Assembly (NCBI GenBank): GCA_028534125.1
Contig: CM052818.1
Span: 6,636,001 to 6,700,000 of the forward strand
Direction: 5' to 3'
From: Lama glama
Lineage: Eukaryota
DNA: 64,000 bases
Shown here piece after piece: positions 62,360 to 64,000 of this stretch; position 1 is the stretch's first letter, and every line of letters starts with the position of its first letter. Made by a program: the position numbers and the translations under genes. A model generated the notes under the pieces. That model was not told the DNA's origin. It was given only the letters and a program-made list of their open reading frames with translations, and did not search any database.

Positions 62360-63739
62360 TTTCAAATTTAGAAGGAATTCAAGTCTGAGTACTATTCGGT
62401 ATTTTTCAGATAGCAATCAATACCCACGGATTCATAAATATGATCTTCTGACAGGTTAATCTGCTAACTTTTACAAAATACCAACAATTCTTCTTTCCAG
62501 CATAAGATGGCTGAGATTTAGAAGTTATGATTCATTTTTCAGCACAAATACACATTTAAGTCTTGATTTTTTTTTGGCCAACATTTTAAATAGCCCAATT
62601 TTACTCACTTCGAAGTTTCAAATCAAACATACCAACAAAAAAACTAGTGAAAACTACTGGCAACAAGCCCCACACTCCCATGTCACTTTCACCCCAACGA
62701 TTATAACCACTGCCAGTAATTCCTGCTGTGTGTCTGTTGGTTTTTTTTTAATCAAATAAGCACTGGTCAGTTATATAAAAGAGTAATTTGCAAGAACAGT
62801 ACTTGGCACTGGGTTACCCTAATGCTTCTGGCATAAACAGAAACACTTAGAAAATACCAGCTCTTAAGCACTTTTTTGCCTGTAATCTCAATTTCCAAAA
62901 GCATTTTTTCAATGTTACTTTTCCATTGATAGATTGGGAGTCTAGCTCTAAATGACATGGTTGATTTAAAAAAACAAATAAATCCTTAAGCCACATGGTA
63001 ATGGGACACTACGCTTGCTTTTTACATCAGATGAAAACAGTTTCAGGCAGACCAAAGTAGAAGAAAACCTGCCAGATCAAACTACTGTAAATAAAATTCA
63101 TCTTACGTACCCCAGAGCAGAAAAGCTCAAAAATCAAAAAATTAAAATCAAAAGACCACCCCTTCCGTCCACGCAAAAACCCACACCAAACACTCTAGTT
63201 CTGAGCCTAACACATTTTCCTAAAACCAGAAGCTTTAAGGTACTTAAAGCTGTAGCAGTAACCGCTGAAAGCTCCACACTACAGAGGAAACACCATAAAG
63301 GGTTCAGATGCCGCCCACCCAGCCCTGACCACCCCACCCCAATAATATGTAAAAGCTCCTGTTAAGGTTTTTTTTCTTACGCTAATAAAGGCATACCACC
63401 TAGTGTGCTAAAGACTAAAACTAGCAGCATTAGAGCAGTAAAGTGAAAATAGGAAGCCTACAGGAGTGATCTAAACACCTACTTAGAAGAAACAGAGCAG
63501 CAGACAGGACCCTTGCCCTCTCGTGTTTGTAGGGAAGTGGTGGAATTAAGCAGTTAGATTTGCCCACATTAACAAAAATTTATCAAAGCTTCCCCAGGAC
63601 ATCAGAATAAAACCTGACCTTTCCAGTCAAAAGGCAGAGAGAGGCCTCTTCCATGTCCTGGAGCTGAATGAGTTCAAAGATTGGCAATAAAGGAAAAAAA
63701 GAAAGCATTTAGGGGTGTGACCGGAACAAGCTCTGCAGT

Positions 63740-63910
63740 TTATCGAACAGTCACCCCAAGTTTCTCCAGCACGCGGACACCCTTTTCTTGGTATTCCTGT
63801 CGGGTCATCCAGAAGTTGTCCTTGTCTTTCATGATATCTGCTAGAACCGCACCCCCCAGGAATACCATGTGCTTTCTGCGGGGGGGGTCCTCAATGCGGA
63901 TCTTGAATTT
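63740..63910 (-). CDS. ACTR2: ACTR2 (Arp2, actin-related protein 2) terminal coding exon
   Basis: Minus-strand acceptor tctttctcccttAG at 63912-63911. Encodes [56 protein letters not shown] then TAA (63742-63740), the Arp2 C-terminus. The rest of the gene lies beyond the window. Confidence 0.97.
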
Positions 63911-64000
63911 CTAAGGGAGAAAGAGCAGATAATAAAACATCATACGTGCGTGTAGTGCTCCGCTTTATGAAAACAACTTTTTCATACATTCTCTTGTTGA

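Larger units (their letters stand above)
61222..63739 (-). other. ACTR2: ACTR2 3'UTR (distal end approximate)
   Basis: AT-rich, transposon-free ~2.5 kb after the stop, ending at AATAAA with a U/GU-rich downstream element. Confidence 0.8.

Noticed and set aside
63681..63914. 77-aa plus-strand ORF
   Set aside because: Antisense shadow of the ACTR2 last exon.
1..64000. CRISPR arrays, operons, or a novel multi-gene system
   Set aside because: The DNA is intron-containing mammalian sequence with no regularly spaced repeat-spacer array. All credible coding sequence is explained by SPRED2, ACTR2 and transposon remnants.

Overview
Mammalian genomic DNA, most likely a camelid (alpaca, vicuna or camel), inferred from six copies of a tRNA-derived SINE resembling camelid vic-1 and no recognisable Alu, B1 or Bov-tA. 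The + strand carries the last four coding exons and ~2.6 kb 3'UTR of SPRED2 (3897-4065, 6240-6304, 21895-22044, 24533-25198). The - strand carries the last coding exon (63740-63910) and ~2.5 kb 3'UTR of ACTR2, so the two genes are convergent across ~33 kb. Introns and intergenic DNA are rich in L1, L2, MIR, MLT LTRs and hAT/Tigger fossils, several nested with readable target-site duplications (TSDs). There is a 500-N gap at 41599-42098. I found no evidence for a new multi-gene system, and almost all ORF-track entries are spurious. The best second-look items are an apparent Val-to-Glu change in the SPRED2 SPR domain, a Pumilio/miR-221/CPE cluster at a non-canonical SPRED2 poly(A) site, a SINE-donated intronic poly(A) signal that could truncate SPRED2, an inverted L1 pair in intron 4, a twin-primed multiply nested L1, and a hairpin over the ACTR2 cleavage site. 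Repeat family names come from recalled consensus sequences, not a database search, and repeat boundaries without TSDs are approximate.
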